A stretch of 24,000 nt of DNA from Nitratidesulfovibrio sp. 1201_IL3209 (GTDB lineage Bacteria; Desulfobacterota; Desulfovibrionia; Desulfovibrionales; Desulfovibrionaceae), in the NCBI RefSeq assembly GCF_036763125.1, contig NZ_JBAIYT010000015.1, forward strand, positions 1,317 to 25,316, written 5' to 3'. The translations under genes were made by a program, and so were the position numbers. Below, piece by piece: positions 23,353 to 24,000 of the stretch. The notes under the pieces were generated by a model, which made no database searches, had not been told where the DNA came from, and saw nothing but the letters and a program-made list of their open reading frames with translations. Within the stretch, counting starts at the first letter, position 1; every line of letters begins with the position of its first letter.

Positions 23353-24000
23353 CTAGGCGTCAGGAAAAAACGCCATCAAGTCCGAAAGCTCTTCCCGGCG
23401 GCGGATCAGCCGGGGCTGCCCGTCCAGGCCGATGAGCACCTCGGCCGGGCGCAGCCGCTGGTTGTACGTGGAACTCATGGCGTAGCCGTAGGCCCCGGTG
23501 TCCAGCACGCCCAGGATGTCGCCCTCCTGGATGGCGGGCAGCGCACGTTCCCTGGCCATGATGTCGCCGCTCTCGCAGATGTTGCCCACCACGGTCTGGG
23601 GGTGCAGGGCCGCGTCGGGCGCGCCGCCCGCGCGGTAGACCTCGATGTCGTGGTGCGCGTCGTACATCACCGGGCGGGCCAGCACGTTGAAGCCAAGGTC
23701 GGTGCCCACGTAGCGGGTGGGGCCGTTGTGCTTGGTGGCGTGCACCGTGCCCAGCAGCAGGCCGCATTCGGCCACCACGTAGCGGCCCGGCTCGACGTAG
23801 AAGCGGCCCCTGTACCCGGTGCGTTCCGACCAGGCGGAAATGAGCGCGTGGAACCGTTCCGCCGTGGCGGCCAGGTCCAGCCGGGGCTGCTCTTCATACT
23901 TGCGGTAGGGAATGCCGAAGCCGCCGCCGAAGTCGATGACCTCCACGGTGTCGAACTTCTCCGCCACGGACAGCAGGAAGTCCGCCGCCGCCACGTACCC
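23353..24000 (-). CDS. lysA: Diaminopimelate decarboxylase, 3' portion (5' end lies beyond the window)
   Basis: It is a fold-type III PLP decarboxylase C-terminal half: IDFGGGFGIPY, YVEPGRYVVAECG, VVGNICESGDI and DTGAYGYAMSSTYNQRLRPAEVLI. The reading frame stays open to position 24000. Confidence 0.85.
   Translation of the reverse strand, partial: GYVAAADFLLSVAEKFDTVEVIDFGGGFGIPYRKYEEQPRLDLAATAERFHALISAWSERTGYRGRFYVEPGRYVVAECGLLLGTVHATKHNGPTRYVGTDLGFNVLARPVMYDAHHDIEVYRAGGAPDAALHPQTVVGNICESGDIMARERALPAIQEGDILGVLDTGAYGYAMSSTYNQRLRPAEVLIGLDGQPRLIRRREELSDLMAFFPDA

Noticed and set aside
1-24000. I scanned for CRISPR arrays, IS/transposase or integrase genes, long terminal inverted repeats, tRNA/rRNA genes, toxin-antitoxin pairs and defence-island signatures.
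   Set aside because: None was found. Every sizeable ORF has a housekeeping, metabolic or signalling assignment. GC content is uniform apart from short promoter-like AT pockets. There are no spaced-repeat architectures or tRNA-like cloverleaf candidates that I could recognise by eye.

Overview
The window is about 68-70% GC, and its gene content and order look like a Desulfovibrio-type (Desulfovibrionaceae) chromosome. I believe the order resembles the hcp-frdx-adh-HK-hcpR ... birA-bioB region of Desulfovibrio vulgaris, but that is from memory and I cannot verify it here. I support 22 protein genes and found no rRNA, tRNA, CRISPR array or mobile element.

Left to right:
1. A nitrosative-stress type locus: hybrid cluster protein Hcp, a ferredoxin-domain partner with a (Gly-His)n linker, an Fe-alcohol-dehydrogenase family gene overlapping an orphan PAS histidine kinase, and a convergent Crp/Fnr regulator (probable HcpR). 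A TTTGA-N6-TCACA box lies upstream of hcp.
2. A small protein with a poly-Asp/Glu tail, then a tandem HD / HD-GYP protein.
3. A minus-strand run: birA, MATE exporter, DUF2156 (MprF C-terminal-like transferase fold), Nfu-like protein, gltX.
4. A divergent birA/bioB control region with a clear BirA operator, followed by a nine-gene, mostly overlapping bio operon.
5. The 3' part of lysA, running off the window.

The most interesting content is in the bio operon. Five fatty-acid-synthase-like genes (hotdog, SDR ketoreductase, elongated ACP, Cys-His-His ketosynthase, second hotdog) sit between bioA and bioF. No BioC/BioH/BioW/BioI/BioZ is present in the window. This is a candidate dedicated, biochemically uncharacterised route to the pimeloyl moiety of biotin. 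The two hotdog proteins appear to carry complementary halves of the FabZ active site.

CDS coordinates come from the supplied ORF track with starts re-chosen by me. Small-motif coordinates were hand-indexed and may be off by 1-2 nt.
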